DNA of 62,400 nucleotides from an uncultured Gammaproteobacteria bacterium (lineage in GTDB: Bacteria; Pseudomonadota; Gammaproteobacteria; Magnimaribacterales; D2472), in contig CAYXZT010000001.1 in assembly GCA_964469915.1 (NCBI GenBank), positions 29,938 through 92,337 on the forward strand, given 5' to 3'. The translations under genes were made by a program, and so were the position numbers. A model generated the notes under the pieces. It did not search any database. It had not been told where the DNA came from and saw only the letters and a program-made list of their open reading frames with translations. This document shows, piece by piece, positions 10,927 through 19,783 of this stretch; the stretch's first letter is position 1; each line of letters starts with the position of its first letter.

Positions 10927-12005
10927 GATATTGATTGATGTTTTATTAACTTCTTACCTTTAACAGATCTTGTTAATTTACCTACAAGCTGACCACAGGC
11001 TCCATCAATAGCATCTCCTCTAGTAACTCTTAAAGTAGTAATAAATCCTTTATTCATAAGAATATTTTTAAATTGATTTATAGAATCTTTACTAGACCTC
11101 TTATAGTTGGAGCCATCAAATGGGTTAAAAGGTATAAGGTTAATTTTACAAGATATATTTGAGAGCAGCTTTGTTAATTGCCTAGCTAAATCTGGCGAAT
11201 CATTAACTCCATCAATTAGAATATATTCAATAGTAATGCTTCTTTTACCTTCATAAAAAGATAGGTAATTCTTACATGAATCCATTAGCATTTTTATAGG
11301 ATATTTTTTGTTTATAGGCACAATCTCATCACGAAGTGAGTCAATAGGTGCATGAAGAGATATTGCTAAGGATACATCAATAGAGCTTGTTAACTGATCA
11401 ATTTGAGGTGTAATACCTGAAGTGCTTATTGTTATTCTTTTTCGAGAAAGGCCGTATGCCAGTTGATCTTTCATTATCTTCGCAGATTCAATAACAGGTT
11501 TAAAATTAAGCAACGGTTCTCCCATTCCCATAAATACTACATTTGTAATATTAGGGTCATTACTATCATGAAAATTTGCTAGCCAAACTTGTCCAATAAT
11601 TTCTGCAGCGGTGAGGTTTTTTTCAAAGCCTTGAGCGCCTGTAGCACAGAATGTGCATTGAAGTGCACAGCCTGCTTGTGATGATATGCATAAAGTCATC
11701 CTCTTTTTTTCAGGTATCCTAACCATCTCAACCATTGAACCTGAATCAAGTTTTATTAAGTATTTTTTTGTTCCTTCAGGTGATACATGGACTTCTTCTA
11801 TATGTGGAGGTTTAATAACAGCAATATTTTTAAGCCTTTCTCTAAGTGGCTTATTAAAATCTGTCATTAATTCAAAATCAATGATGCCTTTTTGATGAAT
11901 CCATTTTAATAATTGTTTAGCTCTAAACTTTGGCTCTTCAATTCTTTTAAAAAAATCTTCAAGGGCATTTAATGAATAGCCTAGAAGATTTTCTTTTGAT
12001 TCCAA
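10923..12005 (-). CDS. rlmN: Dual-specificity 23S rRNA/tRNA m2A methyltransferase RlmN (radical SAM)
   Basis: The radical-SAM cluster motif CALQCTFCATG is present. The start codon is TTG at 12005, with no nearby in-frame ATG. It forms an ATGA overlap with rodZ. Confidence 0.93.
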   Translation of the reverse strand: MESKENLLGYSLNALEDFFKRIEEPKFRAKQLLKWIHQKGIIDFELMTDFNKPLRERLKNIAVIKPPHIEEVHVSPEGTKKYLIKLDSGSMVEMVRIPEKKRMTLCISSQAGCALQCTFCATGAQGFEKNLTAAEIIGQVWLANFHDSNDPNITNVVFMGMGEPLLNFKPVIESAKIMKDQLAYGLSRKRITISTSGITPQIDQLTSSIDVSLAISLHAPIDSLRDEIVPINKKYPIKMLMDSCKNYLSFYEGKRSITIEYILIDGVNDSPDLARQLTKLLSNISCKINLIPFNPFDGSNYKRSSKDSINQFKNILMNKGFITTLRVTRGDAIDGACGQLVGKLTRSVKGKKLIKHQSIS

Positions 12006-12008
12006 AAT

Positions 12009-12434
12009 TTATTTAGATATTATTTCTTCATCTTTGAAAAAATAATTAATCTCTCTTATTGCGCTAGCTTCTGAATCAGATCCGTGTACAGCGTTTGCAT
12101 CGATACTAACAGCAAAATCAGCTCTTATAGTTCCAGCATCTGCTTCTTGAGGATTAGTACTACCCATTAGCTCTCTATTTTTTAAAATCGCTCCTTCACC
12201 TTCAAGAACTTGAACAAATACCGGGCCTGAAGTCATGAACTTTTTAAGGTCATTAAAAAAAGGTCTTCCTTCATGTTCTGCATAAAAACCTGAAGCTAAC
12301 TCATCAGTTAGATGTATTAATTTACCAGCAACTAGATGCAGGCCATTATCTTCAAATCTAGAGATAATTTTACCTATAACGTTTTTTGAAACAGCGTCTG
12401 GTTTAATGATTGATAATGTTTGTTCTATTGCCAT
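12009..12434 (-). CDS. ndk: Nucleoside diphosphate kinase
   Basis: The 141-aa protein has the active-site His context NAVHGSDS. Confidence 0.97.
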   Translation of the reverse strand: MAIEQTLSIIKPDAVSKNVIGKIISRFEDNGLHLVAGKLIHLTDELASGFYAEHEGRPFFNDLKKFMTSGPVFVQVLEGEGAILKNRELMGSTNPQEADAGTIRADFAVSIDANAVHGSDSEASAIREINYFFKDEEIISK

Positions 12435-12476
12435 AATAATTATTCCTATAAAAAAATTTTAGCCATTATATGGGAC

Positions 12477-12680
12477 TTATTGATATTCTTCTATCCATAA
12501 CATCTGAATAGCTTCTAAAACTTTTTCATTAGAGCGATCAGGGTCGCCAACAAATGTTTCTAGATTGCAAATTTTTGAGTGAAGGTCAGGAAAGCTTATC
12601 CATTGAGGATCTATATCAGGGAACTGATCATATAATTCAATTGCTATATCATTAATGTCATTCCAATTTAAGTCTTGCAT
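12477..12680 (-). CDS. iscX: Fe-S assembly protein IscX
   Basis: A small acidic protein (MQDLNWNDINDIAIELYDQFPDIDP...) in last position of the isc operon. I use the ATG at 12680, which shares 1 nt with the fdx stop (TGATG); the track start at 12683 is TTG. Confidence 0.85.
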   Translation of the reverse strand: MQDLNWNDINDIAIELYDQFPDIDPQWISFPDLHSKICNLETFVGDPDRSNEKVLEAIQMLWIEEYQ

Positions 12681-13021
12681 CAATGATCCTCTGATACCAT
12701 ATTGATATTGTATTTAGGAAGCTCAATCTCAAGACATTCATCTACAGGAGGAATTGCCTGGCAGCTTAATCTAGATGTTTGCTCAAGACCCCAAGCTTTA
12801 TCAAGCATATCCTCTTCAATATCACTAGCCTCATCCAATTTATCAAAACCTTTTCGTACTATGCAATGACATGTAGTACAAGCACAAGACATCTCACAGG
12901 CATGTTCAATTCTTATTCCTTCCCTAAGCGCTGCTTCACATATAGTCTCGTCTGGGAGTGAGTTGATTACTGCTCCATCAGGACAGAGCTCATGATGGGG
13001 CCATATTTTAATTTTAGCCAT
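12680..13021 (-). CDS. fdx: ISC-type [2Fe-2S] ferredoxin
   Basis: Adrenodoxin-type cluster motif CEMSCACTTCHC plus a distal Cys (LSCQ). Length is 113 aa. Confidence 0.9.
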   Translation of the reverse strand: MAKIKIWPHHELCPDGAVINSLPDETICEAALREGIRIEHACEMSCACTTCHCIVRKGFDKLDEASDIEEDMLDKAWGLEQTSRLSCQAIPPVDECLEIELPKYNINMVSEDH

Positions 13022-13024
13022 TAT

Positions 13025-13366
13025 CTAAATTGTAAAACTTTCCCCACAACCGCAAACTGCTTTAGCATTTGGGTTAACAAACTTTATTCCTTTATTAAGT
13101 CCGTCTTCGGAGTAATCAACAAGGCTTCCTTTTAAAAAATCTAGACTAGATTTATCTACATATATTTTGCAACCATTTCTTTCAAAAACAATATTATCAA
13201 CATCTATATCATCAACAAAGTCAAAATAGTACTCATAGCCAGAACAACCAGCTTTCTTTACTCCTATTTGGATTCCTTTGCCCTTCCCTCTTGATGCAAG
13301 ACTATTCAAAAAATGACTAATCGCTTTATCAGAAAAGTTTAAGTCGGATGGATTTATGCTTTTCAT
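13025..13366 (-). CDS. iscA: Iron-sulfur cluster insertion protein IscA (A-type carrier)
   Basis: C-terminal CGCGESF motif and an internal Cys (KKAGCSGYEY). Length is 113 aa. Confidence 0.92.
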   Translation of the reverse strand: MKSINPSDLNFSDKAISHFLNSLASRGKGKGIQIGVKKAGCSGYEYYFDFVDDIDVDNIVFERNGCKIYVDKSSLDFLKGSLVDYSEDGLNKGIKFVNPNAKAVCGCGESFTI

Positions 13367-13375
13367 AAAAATTAC

Positions 13376-13780
13376 CTACTGCTTAGATTCGTAATCTTCT
13401 ATAGCCTGTTTTATTGAATCTTCTGCAAGAACTGAGCAATGAATTTTTATTGGAGGAAGTTCTAAAGCATCTACGATCTCTTTATTTTTAATTTCTTTGG
13501 CCTCTTCTAGAGTTTTACCAATAAGCATTTCTACTAGTTCGCTTGAGGATGCAATTGCAGATCCACAGCCATAAGTTTTAAACTTTACATCTTTAATAAT
13601 GTGGGTATTTCCTTTTGGTTCGCATTTTATTTGCAGCTTCATTACATCACCACATGCCGGAGCTCCAACCATACCAGTACCTATATTTTCTTCTTTAGGG
13701 TCAAACCTTCCAACATTGAAAGCTTGCGGATTTTCTAAAGTATTCTCAAACTTATCAACTACTTTTTTACTATATGCCAT
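13376..13780 (-). CDS. iscU: Fe-S cluster scaffold IscU
   Basis: Motifs GAPACGDVMKL, GCGSAIASSS and LPPIKIHCS are present. I start at the ATG at 13780, preceded by AGGAG (13790..13786). The track's longer ORF would overlap iscS. Confidence 0.95.
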   Translation of the reverse strand: MAYSKKVVDKFENTLENPQAFNVGRFDPKEENIGTGMVGAPACGDVMKLQIKCEPKGNTHIIKDVKFKTYGCGSAIASSSELVEMLIGKTLEEAKEIKNKEIVDALELPPIKIHCSVLAEDSIKQAIEDYESKQ

Positions 13781-13793
13781 AAAAACTCCTAAT

Positions 13794-15014
13794 TTAGTGT
13801 GTGTTCCATTTAACTGTTTCGAGATCAATGCCATCTAAGTGCATTTCCCATAATGGCGACAACTCTCTTAATCTATCTACAACTTTGTTTAAAATTGCTA
13901 AAGTATTTTTTATATCGTCATCACTGGTAAATCTTCCAAATGAAAACCTAATTGAACTATGAGCTAACTCATCTTTCCTTCCAAGCGCTCTAAGAACATA
14001 AGAAGGCTCAAGGCTTGCTGAGGTACATGCAGATCCAGAGGAAACTGCAATATCCTTAAGTCCCATGATTAAAGATTCACCCTCTACAAAATTAAAACTT
14101 ATATTTAGGATATTTGGTACTTTATTATCAAGATCTCCATTGATATATGCATGTTCAATTTTCATTGCTTCTTTTAGAAATTTCTCGTGGTAAGAATTTA
14201 TTTTGTCATGATCCGAGTCCATTTCTTCTTTTGCAATTTTAAAAGCTTCGCCCATACCTACAATCTGGTGTGTTGGAAGAGTTCCTGATCTCATGCCTCG
14301 CTCATGACCACCGCCATGAATCAGTGCTTCAATTCGTACCCTTGGTTTTCTTCTAACAAATAATGCACCTATACCTTTAGGTCCATATGTTTTGTGTGCA
14401 GAAAAAGACATAAGGTCAACTGGTAATGTTGAAAGATCAATGTCTACCTTGCCTGTGCTTTGTGCGGCATCTACATGAAAAAATGCACCTGCTTCTCTTG
14501 AAATTTTTCCTATCTCAGCAAGATTATTTAGAGTACCTAATTCATTGTTAATATGCATTATTGAAACAAGAATAGTATTTTCTTTAATGGCATTTTTAAT
14601 AGCATCAGGAGTAATGACACCACCTTCATTAGGATCAAGGTAGGTTACTTCAAAACCCTCTCTTTCAAGCTGCCTGCATGGATCAAGAACTGCCTTATGT
14701 TCAATTTTAGATGTAATAATATGATTACCTTTCGATTTATAAAACCTTGCAACTCCTTTAATTGCTAAGTTATCTGCCTCTGTAGCACCTGAAGTCCATA
14801 CTATTTCTCTTGGATCACAGTTAACCAAATTAGCAACATGTGATCTTGCTTCTTCAACAGCATCATCAGCTTTCCAACCGTAGCGATGAGATCTTGAAGC
14901 TGGATTACCAAATTCTCCCTCAGGAGTTAAATACTGCATCATTTTAGATGCAACTCTTGGATCAACTGGTGTGGTTGACGCATAATCTAAATATATTGTT
15001 TTTTGTGTGCTCAT
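13794..15014 (-). CDS. iscS: Cysteine desulfurase IscS
   Basis: PLP lysine context [12 protein letters not shown] and the active-site Cys loop [19 protein letters not shown] are present. Confidence 0.97.
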   Translation of the reverse strand: MSTQKTIYLDYASTTPVDPRVASKMMQYLTPEGEFGNPASRSHRYGWKADDAVEEARSHVANLVNCDPREIVWTSGATEADNLAIKGVARFYKSKGNHIITSKIEHKAVLDPCRQLEREGFEVTYLDPNEGGVITPDAIKNAIKENTILVSIMHINNELGTLNNLAEIGKISREAGAFFHVDAAQSTGKVDIDLSTLPVDLMSFSAHKTYGPKGIGALFVRRKPRVRIEALIHGGGHERGMRSGTLPTHQIVGMGEAFKIAKEEMDSDHDKINSYHEKFLKEAMKIEHAYINGDLDNKVPNILNISFNFVEGESLIMGLKDIAVSSGSACTSASLEPSYVLRALGRKDELAHSSIRFSFGRFTSDDDIKNTLAILNKVVDRLRELSPLWEMHLDGIDLETVKWNTH

Positions 15015-15449
15015 TTAACTTATCTCTCTTAAGCTTATATATGGACTGTTATTTGATTCTACAAGCTTATTAATGGTTATTTTACTTAAATAAGTATCTA
15101 CTACTTCGTTTAATTCATGCCAAAGTTTATGCGTTTTACATTGCCTACCATGATGGCAGGTACTTGTACCGTTGCAGTTTGTTGCGTCGAGGTCTTCCTC
15201 CACAGCATTCATAATCTCTTTTATGGTTACAGAAGATGGATCCTTTGCAAACTTATACCCACCATTTCTTCCTCTTGTACTTTGAACAATACCTGCAATT
15301 CTTAGTTTTCTAAATATTTGTTCTAGGTAAGAGAGTTCTATATTTTGACTTTCTGATATGTCATAAAGGGACACTGGACCAATAGTTTCAAGAGTTGTTA
15401 ATTCTGTGAGTGCATTGACTGCGTATCTGCTTTTAGTGGTAAGTTTCAC
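15015..15449 (-). CDS. iscR: Rrf2-family Fe-S transcriptional regulator IscR
   Basis: The N-terminus [11 protein letters not shown] parallels E. coli MRLTSKGRYAV. Cluster ligands follow the pattern C-x5-C-x5-C-x2-H ([16 protein letters not shown]). The start codon is GTG. Confidence 0.9.
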   Translation of the reverse strand: MKLTTKSRYAVNALTELTTLETIGPVSLYDISESQNIELSYLEQIFRKLRIAGIVQSTRGRNGGYKFAKDPSSVTIKEIMNAVEEDLDATNCNGTSTCHHGRQCKTHKLWHELNEVVDTYLSKITINKLVESNNSPYISLREIS

Positions 15450-15455
15450 GCACGA

Positions 15456-15483
15456 ATTATAAATACTTGACTATTTTAGTCAA
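15456..15483 (-). promoter_or_regulatory. Candidate sigma70 promoter of the isc operon (TTGACT-16 nt-TATAAT)
   Basis: On the minus strand the -35 TTGACT lies at 15483..15478 and the -10 TATAAT at 15461..15456, with a 16-nt spacer. The -35 lies inside the IscR box. Only 6 nt separate the -10 from the GTG start. Confidence 0.5.
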
Positions 15484-15487
15484 GTTT
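15463..15487. promoter_or_regulatory. IscR type-1 operator
   Basis: ATACTTGACTATTTTAGTCAAGTTT matches 24 of 25 positions of the E. coli type-1 consensus as I recall it (ATASYYGACTRWWWYAGTCRRSTAT). It has perfect 9-bp inverted arms ACTTGACTA/TAGTCAAGT. It sits immediately upstream of iscR and spans the purC stop codon. Confidence 0.7.
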
Positions 15488-16195
15488 TATATTCATACCC
15501 AATCTATCAGCAACTTGGTGATAGGATTCAACAACATCTCCAAGACCTTGCCTAAATCTATCTTTATCCATTTTTTTTAGGGTCTCCGAATCCCAAAGTC
15601 TACAGCCATCCGGAGTAAATTCGTCAGCAAGAAGAACTTTGTTATCAGCAACACCAAATTCAACCTTAAAATCAACTAATATTAATCCTGAATCAATAAA
15701 TAATTTGGAAAGAATCGTATTCACCTTGTATGTGAGAAGCTTCATTTGGTCAATTTGATCTTTTGTAGCCCACCCGAAAGATAAAATGTGTTCATCATTG
15801 ATTAGAGGATCACCTAACTCATCATCTTTTAGAAAAAATTCAAAAAGAGGACTTTCTAGAATAAGTCCATCTTCAGTTCCTAATCTTCTACAGATTGATC
15901 CAGATGCTCTATTTCTAATAACGCATTCTATAGGAAACATTGATAACTTATGTACCAAAGAGTCATTATTATTGAGAACCTCAATATGATGAGTTTCAAC
16001 GCCGTTCTTTTCTAAATGCTCCATAATGAAAGCATTGAATTGATTATTAACAGCGCCCTTTCCCATTAAAGCTTCTTTCTTTTTTCCGTCAAATGCTGAT
16101 GTATCATCACTAAAATGCATGACCAGCTGGTTTTCATTTGTTGTTGTAAATAAGGATTTTGCCTTACCTTTTGTTAATTCTTGTATTTTTTCCAT
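15476..16195 (-). CDS. purC: Phosphoribosylaminoimidazole-succinocarboxamide (SAICAR) synthase
   Basis: The 239-aa protein has the N-terminal GKAKSLFTT motif. The dapA-bamC-purC synteny matches E. coli. Confidence 0.95.
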   Translation of the reverse strand: MEKIQELTKGKAKSLFTTTNENQLVMHFSDDTSAFDGKKKEALMGKGAVNNQFNAFIMEHLEKNGVETHHIEVLNNNDSLVHKLSMFPIECVIRNRASGSICRRLGTEDGLILESPLFEFFLKDDELGDPLINDEHILSFGWATKDQIDQMKLLTYKVNTILSKLFIDSGLILVDFKVEFGVADNKVLLADEFTPDGCRLWDSETLKKMDKDRFRQGLGDVVESYHQVADRLGMNIKLD

Positions 16196-17178
16196 TAGCT
16201 TAAAGATTCGTTAATTTTTGATAATAATTCTTCAGAATTATCGATTTTACCATCTTTTGATCTTGCTCGAACATAGGTTTTATTATTTTTTTCCTCAATC
16301 GTTACTTCAAACTGTGCCTCATCATTAAATGTACTTTTACTACTTTCTGAATTGCTTCCAAAACCAAGGAAAGATAGAAAGCCGCCTTCTTCTTCACTGC
16401 TATAACTAACATAAAAAATCCCATTATTTCTATTTTTATCATTTGTAACAATTTCAGCAGACTCCATAGCCCTAGTAACTGATGACCATGCTCTATCAAA
16501 ATTAAGATTAAGCTCAATAACTGTTTGCCCATCCTCTGTGAATATTTTTGCTTTTTTCATTTCATTAAGATTCTGAGCTGCAAGCGAAGTTCCAGAAAAA
16601 CTATCAACAGATTCTGCAAAATAATTTACAAGATTTTCTAGCTCTGATTGAACAAGTTCAATGTTGCTAATAATATCTTGATCCTCTTTATTGACTAAAT
16701 TAAGGAAAATTTCAGTTGATGCCTCTTTAATGCCATGTTCTATTTTCATAACAAAAATTTTTGATTCATCAAAATTTATCTTAATTTCACCATTATCAGG
16801 ATTAGAGGCTAGCACATCATATTTAGAAGTTTCCCAATAACTTTTTGAGATTGGCCAAGAAGTAGATGGAAGTGTTTCTATGTATATCCACATCAACTCA
16901 CCAAGCCTTCGAAGCTGAACAGAACTATTACCAGAAGACGAAAAAATTTGTCTTGGTTTAGGTACATCTTGATTTTTTAGTTCATTTTCAATACTTAAAA
17001 CTGGATAGTGATTTTCCTTTGAGGGTATTGATAGTTCTTCAGGGATAGTAATATCAGTTTCAATTATTTCTTCTAGAAAATCATGTTCTGTGGTTGGAAA
17101 ATAGCCATCAGGTCCTGTTAAATAAGAACAAGAGGATAGTAAAAATATTGAAGAAACATATATTAATTTTTTATTCAT
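16195..17178 (-). CDS. bamC: Outer membrane protein assembly factor BamC (NlpB-like lipoprotein)
   Basis: A lipobox is present (LLSSCSY). It sits between dapA and purC, with an ATGA overlap with dapA. Sequence conservation is weak, so the call rests largely on synteny. Confidence 0.65.
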   Translation of the reverse strand: MNKKLIYVSSIFLLSSCSYLTGPDGYFPTTEHDFLEEIIETDITIPEELSIPSKENHYPVLSIENELKNQDVPKPRQIFSSSGNSSVQLRRLGELMWIYIETLPSTSWPISKSYWETSKYDVLASNPDNGEIKINFDESKIFVMKIEHGIKEASTEIFLNLVNKEDQDIISNIELVQSELENLVNYFAESVDSFSGTSLAAQNLNEMKKAKIFTEDGQTVIELNLNFDRAWSSVTRAMESAEIVTNDKNRNNGIFYVSYSSEEEGGFLSFLGFGSNSESSKSTFNDEAQFEVTIEEKNNKTYVRARSKDGKIDNSEELLSKINESLS

Positions 17179-18065
17179 AATAATTGTAATTTTATCATCT
17201 CTGACACTATTTCTTTATGAAAAGTTTCATCTAATTCTATTAAAGGTGACCTAATTGAATTCTTTATCATATTCATCTTATATAGTGCCCATTTAACAGG
17301 GATTGGATTTGATTCAACAAACATTAAGCGATATAAATTTGTATTGATGTCATTTATTTTTTTAGCTTTTTCAAGCTCCCCATTTCTCACTGCAGCACAT
17401 ATCTGAGAATGAGTATTAGGACTTACGTTAGCAGATACAGAAATTACACCGTGGGTTCCTAGAAGAAGAGATTTCATAAAAGTAGGATCATCACCAGAGA
17501 AAATTAAAAATTCATTATTTACATCTTTTGAAATAGCTACTAATTCTTTTATTCTAATTTCATCGGCAACAGCCTCTTTTATACCAGTAATATTTTTATG
17601 ATTAGATAAAATTGCAACTGTTGATGGCAAAAGATCACAAGCAGTTCTTGAAGGAACGTTATACAAAATTTGACTTATATTTACAGCATCTGCAATAGCA
17701 GAGTAGTGAGAAATTAATCCTTTTTGGTTTGGCTTGTTGTAATAAGGTGTTACTAATAAAACATGGTCAGCTCCTAGCCTTTTTGCTTCACTTGTCAGTT
17801 CAATTGCTTCAATTGTTGAATTTGCACCTGTACCAGCTATAACAGGAATTCTTCTATCAACATATTTTATGGTAAAAGCCAAAACTTCTAGGTGTTCTTT
17901 TACATTTAAGGTTGCAGATTCGCCAGTTGTACCAACAGAAACGATACCATCGGTACCTTGTTGGATATGCCAATCGATTAGTTTTTCTAGAGATTGATAA
18001 TCAATATCGCCATTTGGCAACATTGGTGTAACTAAAGCAACTAAACTTCCTTGTAATACTTGCAT
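17175..18065 (-). CDS. dapA: 4-hydroxy-tetrahydrodipicolinate synthase
   Basis: GTTGESATL motif in a 296-aa TIM-barrel aldolase-family protein. Confidence 0.95.
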   Translation of the reverse strand: MQVLQGSLVALVTPMLPNGDIDYQSLEKLIDWHIQQGTDGIVSVGTTGESATLNVKEHLEVLAFTIKYVDRRIPVIAGTGANSTIEAIELTSEAKRLGADHVLLVTPYYNKPNQKGLISHYSAIADAVNISQILYNVPSRTACDLLPSTVAILSNHKNITGIKEAVADEIRIKELVAISKDVNNEFLIFSGDDPTFMKSLLLGTHGVISVSANVSPNTHSQICAAVRNGELEKAKKINDINTNLYRLMFVESNPIPVKWALYKMNMIKNSIRSPLIELDETFHKEIVSEMIKLQLL

Positions 18066-18130
18066 GAAAAAAAAATTCGGTAAAAAATAGGACTATACAC
18101 TATTTTTATTAAAAATTTACAAGGAACAAA

Positions 18131-18601
18131 ATGACTAAGAAACTTGAAGGTAAAAAATGTCCATCATTTAATGCTGAATGCACCAGTAATTTAAAGCTAT
18201 CAAATAAAGATTTTATAGGTAAAAATTTAGTAATTTACTTTTATCCTAAAGATAGTACTCCTGGATGCACAACTGAAGGTCAGAATTTTAGAGATAATTT
18301 TGAGACATTTAAAAAATTAAATACAGAAATTATAGGAGTCTCAAGAGAAAGTATTAAATCTCATGAAAATTTTAAATCAAAACAAAGTTTTCAATTTGAG
18401 CTCCTTTCCGACCCAGATGAAAAGGTATGCAAGGCATTTGATGTCATGAAACTCAAATCTATGTATGGCAGGCAATATATTGGTATTGATAGAAGCACAT
18501 TTTTAATAGGTACTGATGGAAAAGTGATTAAAGAATGGAGATCTGTAAAAGTTCCCGGTCATGTTGATGAAGTCTTGGAAACTATTAAAGGACTAGGTTG
18601 A
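18131..18601 (+). CDS. bcp: Thiol peroxidase Bcp (peroxiredoxin Q)
   Basis: Peroxidatic Cys context DSTPGCTTEG in a 156-aa protein. An AAGGAA SD lies upstream. Confidence 0.9.
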   Translation: MTKKLEGKKCPSFNAECTSNLKLSNKDFIGKNLVIYFYPKDSTPGCTTEGQNFRDNFETFKKLNTEIIGVSRESIKSHENFKSKQSFQFELLSDPDEKVCKAFDVMKLKSMYGRQYIGIDRSTFLIGTDGKVIKEWRSVKVPGHVDEVLETIKGLG

Positions 18602-19639
18602 AGGCCAGGCATTCCAAACTGCTTTTATAAATGTTGCCATTGGTATGGCAAAAAATACGCCCCAAAAACCAAACATACTTCCGAAGATAAATACTGCCAG
18701 AATAATAGCAACCGGATGTAATTTCACAGCATCAGAAAATATTATAGGCACCAACAGGTTACCATCAAGGATCTGTAATAAGAGATAAAGGGTAATAAGG
18801 ATGTAGAATTCACTTGTTAGGCCAAATTGTAGCAGCCCCACAATAACGACAGGAACTGTCACCAAAAATGCTCCTACATATGGAATTACGACAGATAGGC
18901 CAACTAAAACAGATAATAAAGCTGAGTATTTTAAACCTACTAAGGAAAATATGATCGCAGCACAAAGACCAACAACAAATATCTCTGTTGTTTTACCACG
19001 AACATAGTTACTTAATTGCATATCCATTTCAGTCCAAATATTAGAAAACATTTCTCTATTACCAGGCACTAACTTGGACAGGCCTTCCATTATATTTTTT
19101 CTATCGAAAAGGAAAAAGAATACAAGTATTGGAAATAATATTATGTATAAAAGAATTGTAATTGTGCTTTGAATACCAGCAATTGAGGATTTAACAATAT
19201 TTTGAGTAATTGAAGATAGCTCTGAAGATACAGCTTGAAAGAAAACTGTGATTTGTTCTGATGTAACTAATTCAGGAAATTTAGCTGGCAATGTTGATAC
19301 AAATTCTAAGAAATTATTAAAAAGCTCTGGGACATCTAATACAAATGCTTGAAGCTGTGTATATAAAATAGGTAATAACCAAAGCAGCATAGCCGCACCA
19401 GTAACAATAAATATTGCAAATGTAATAACTAACGCCCATTTACTAGAGATATTAAAAGATTCTATCTTCTTTTGAACACCGACAAGCAAATATGCAACAA
19501 CAATACTTATTAAAAATGGAGTGAGTACTGAACCAAAAAAAGTCATCATCAAAAATGCACAAAGAATAACGAAAGAAAAAACTATTGTTTCTTCATTACT
19601 AAATATTTTTTTTAGAAAGGAGTTTATTTGATCTAGCAT
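18593..19639 (-). CDS. perM: AI-2E family (PerM/YhhT-like) membrane transporter
   Basis: A 348-aa polytopic membrane protein with the family's typical architecture. It neighbours bcp and bepA, as E. coli perM neighbours yfgC. Confidence 0.75.
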   Translation of the reverse strand: MLDQINSFLKKIFSNEETIVFSFVILCAFLMMTFFGSVLTPFLISIVVAYLLVGVQKKIESFNISSKWALVITFAIFIVTGAAMLLWLLPILYTQLQAFVLDVPELFNNFLEFVSTLPAKFPELVTSEQITVFFQAVSSELSSITQNIVKSSIAGIQSTITILLYIILFPILVFFFLFDRKNIMEGLSKLVPGNREMFSNIWTEMDMQLSNYVRGKTTEIFVVGLCAAIIFSLVGLKYSALLSVLVGLSVVIPYVGAFLVTVPVVIVGLLQFGLTSEFYILITLYLLLQILDGNLLVPIIFSDAVKLHPVAIILAVFIFGSMFGFWGVFFAIPMATFIKAVWNAWPST

Positions 19640-19783
19640 TTTTATTTATATAAATTAGTGAACTATGAGTACCAAAAATTGGTCAAACATCTAGCAAAGT
19701 CTAATTAATGTTAAATATATTATATCTAAAAAGATTATTTATGTTAGTTTTATGTTCAAATCTAAAGAATACAGATTTTATAA

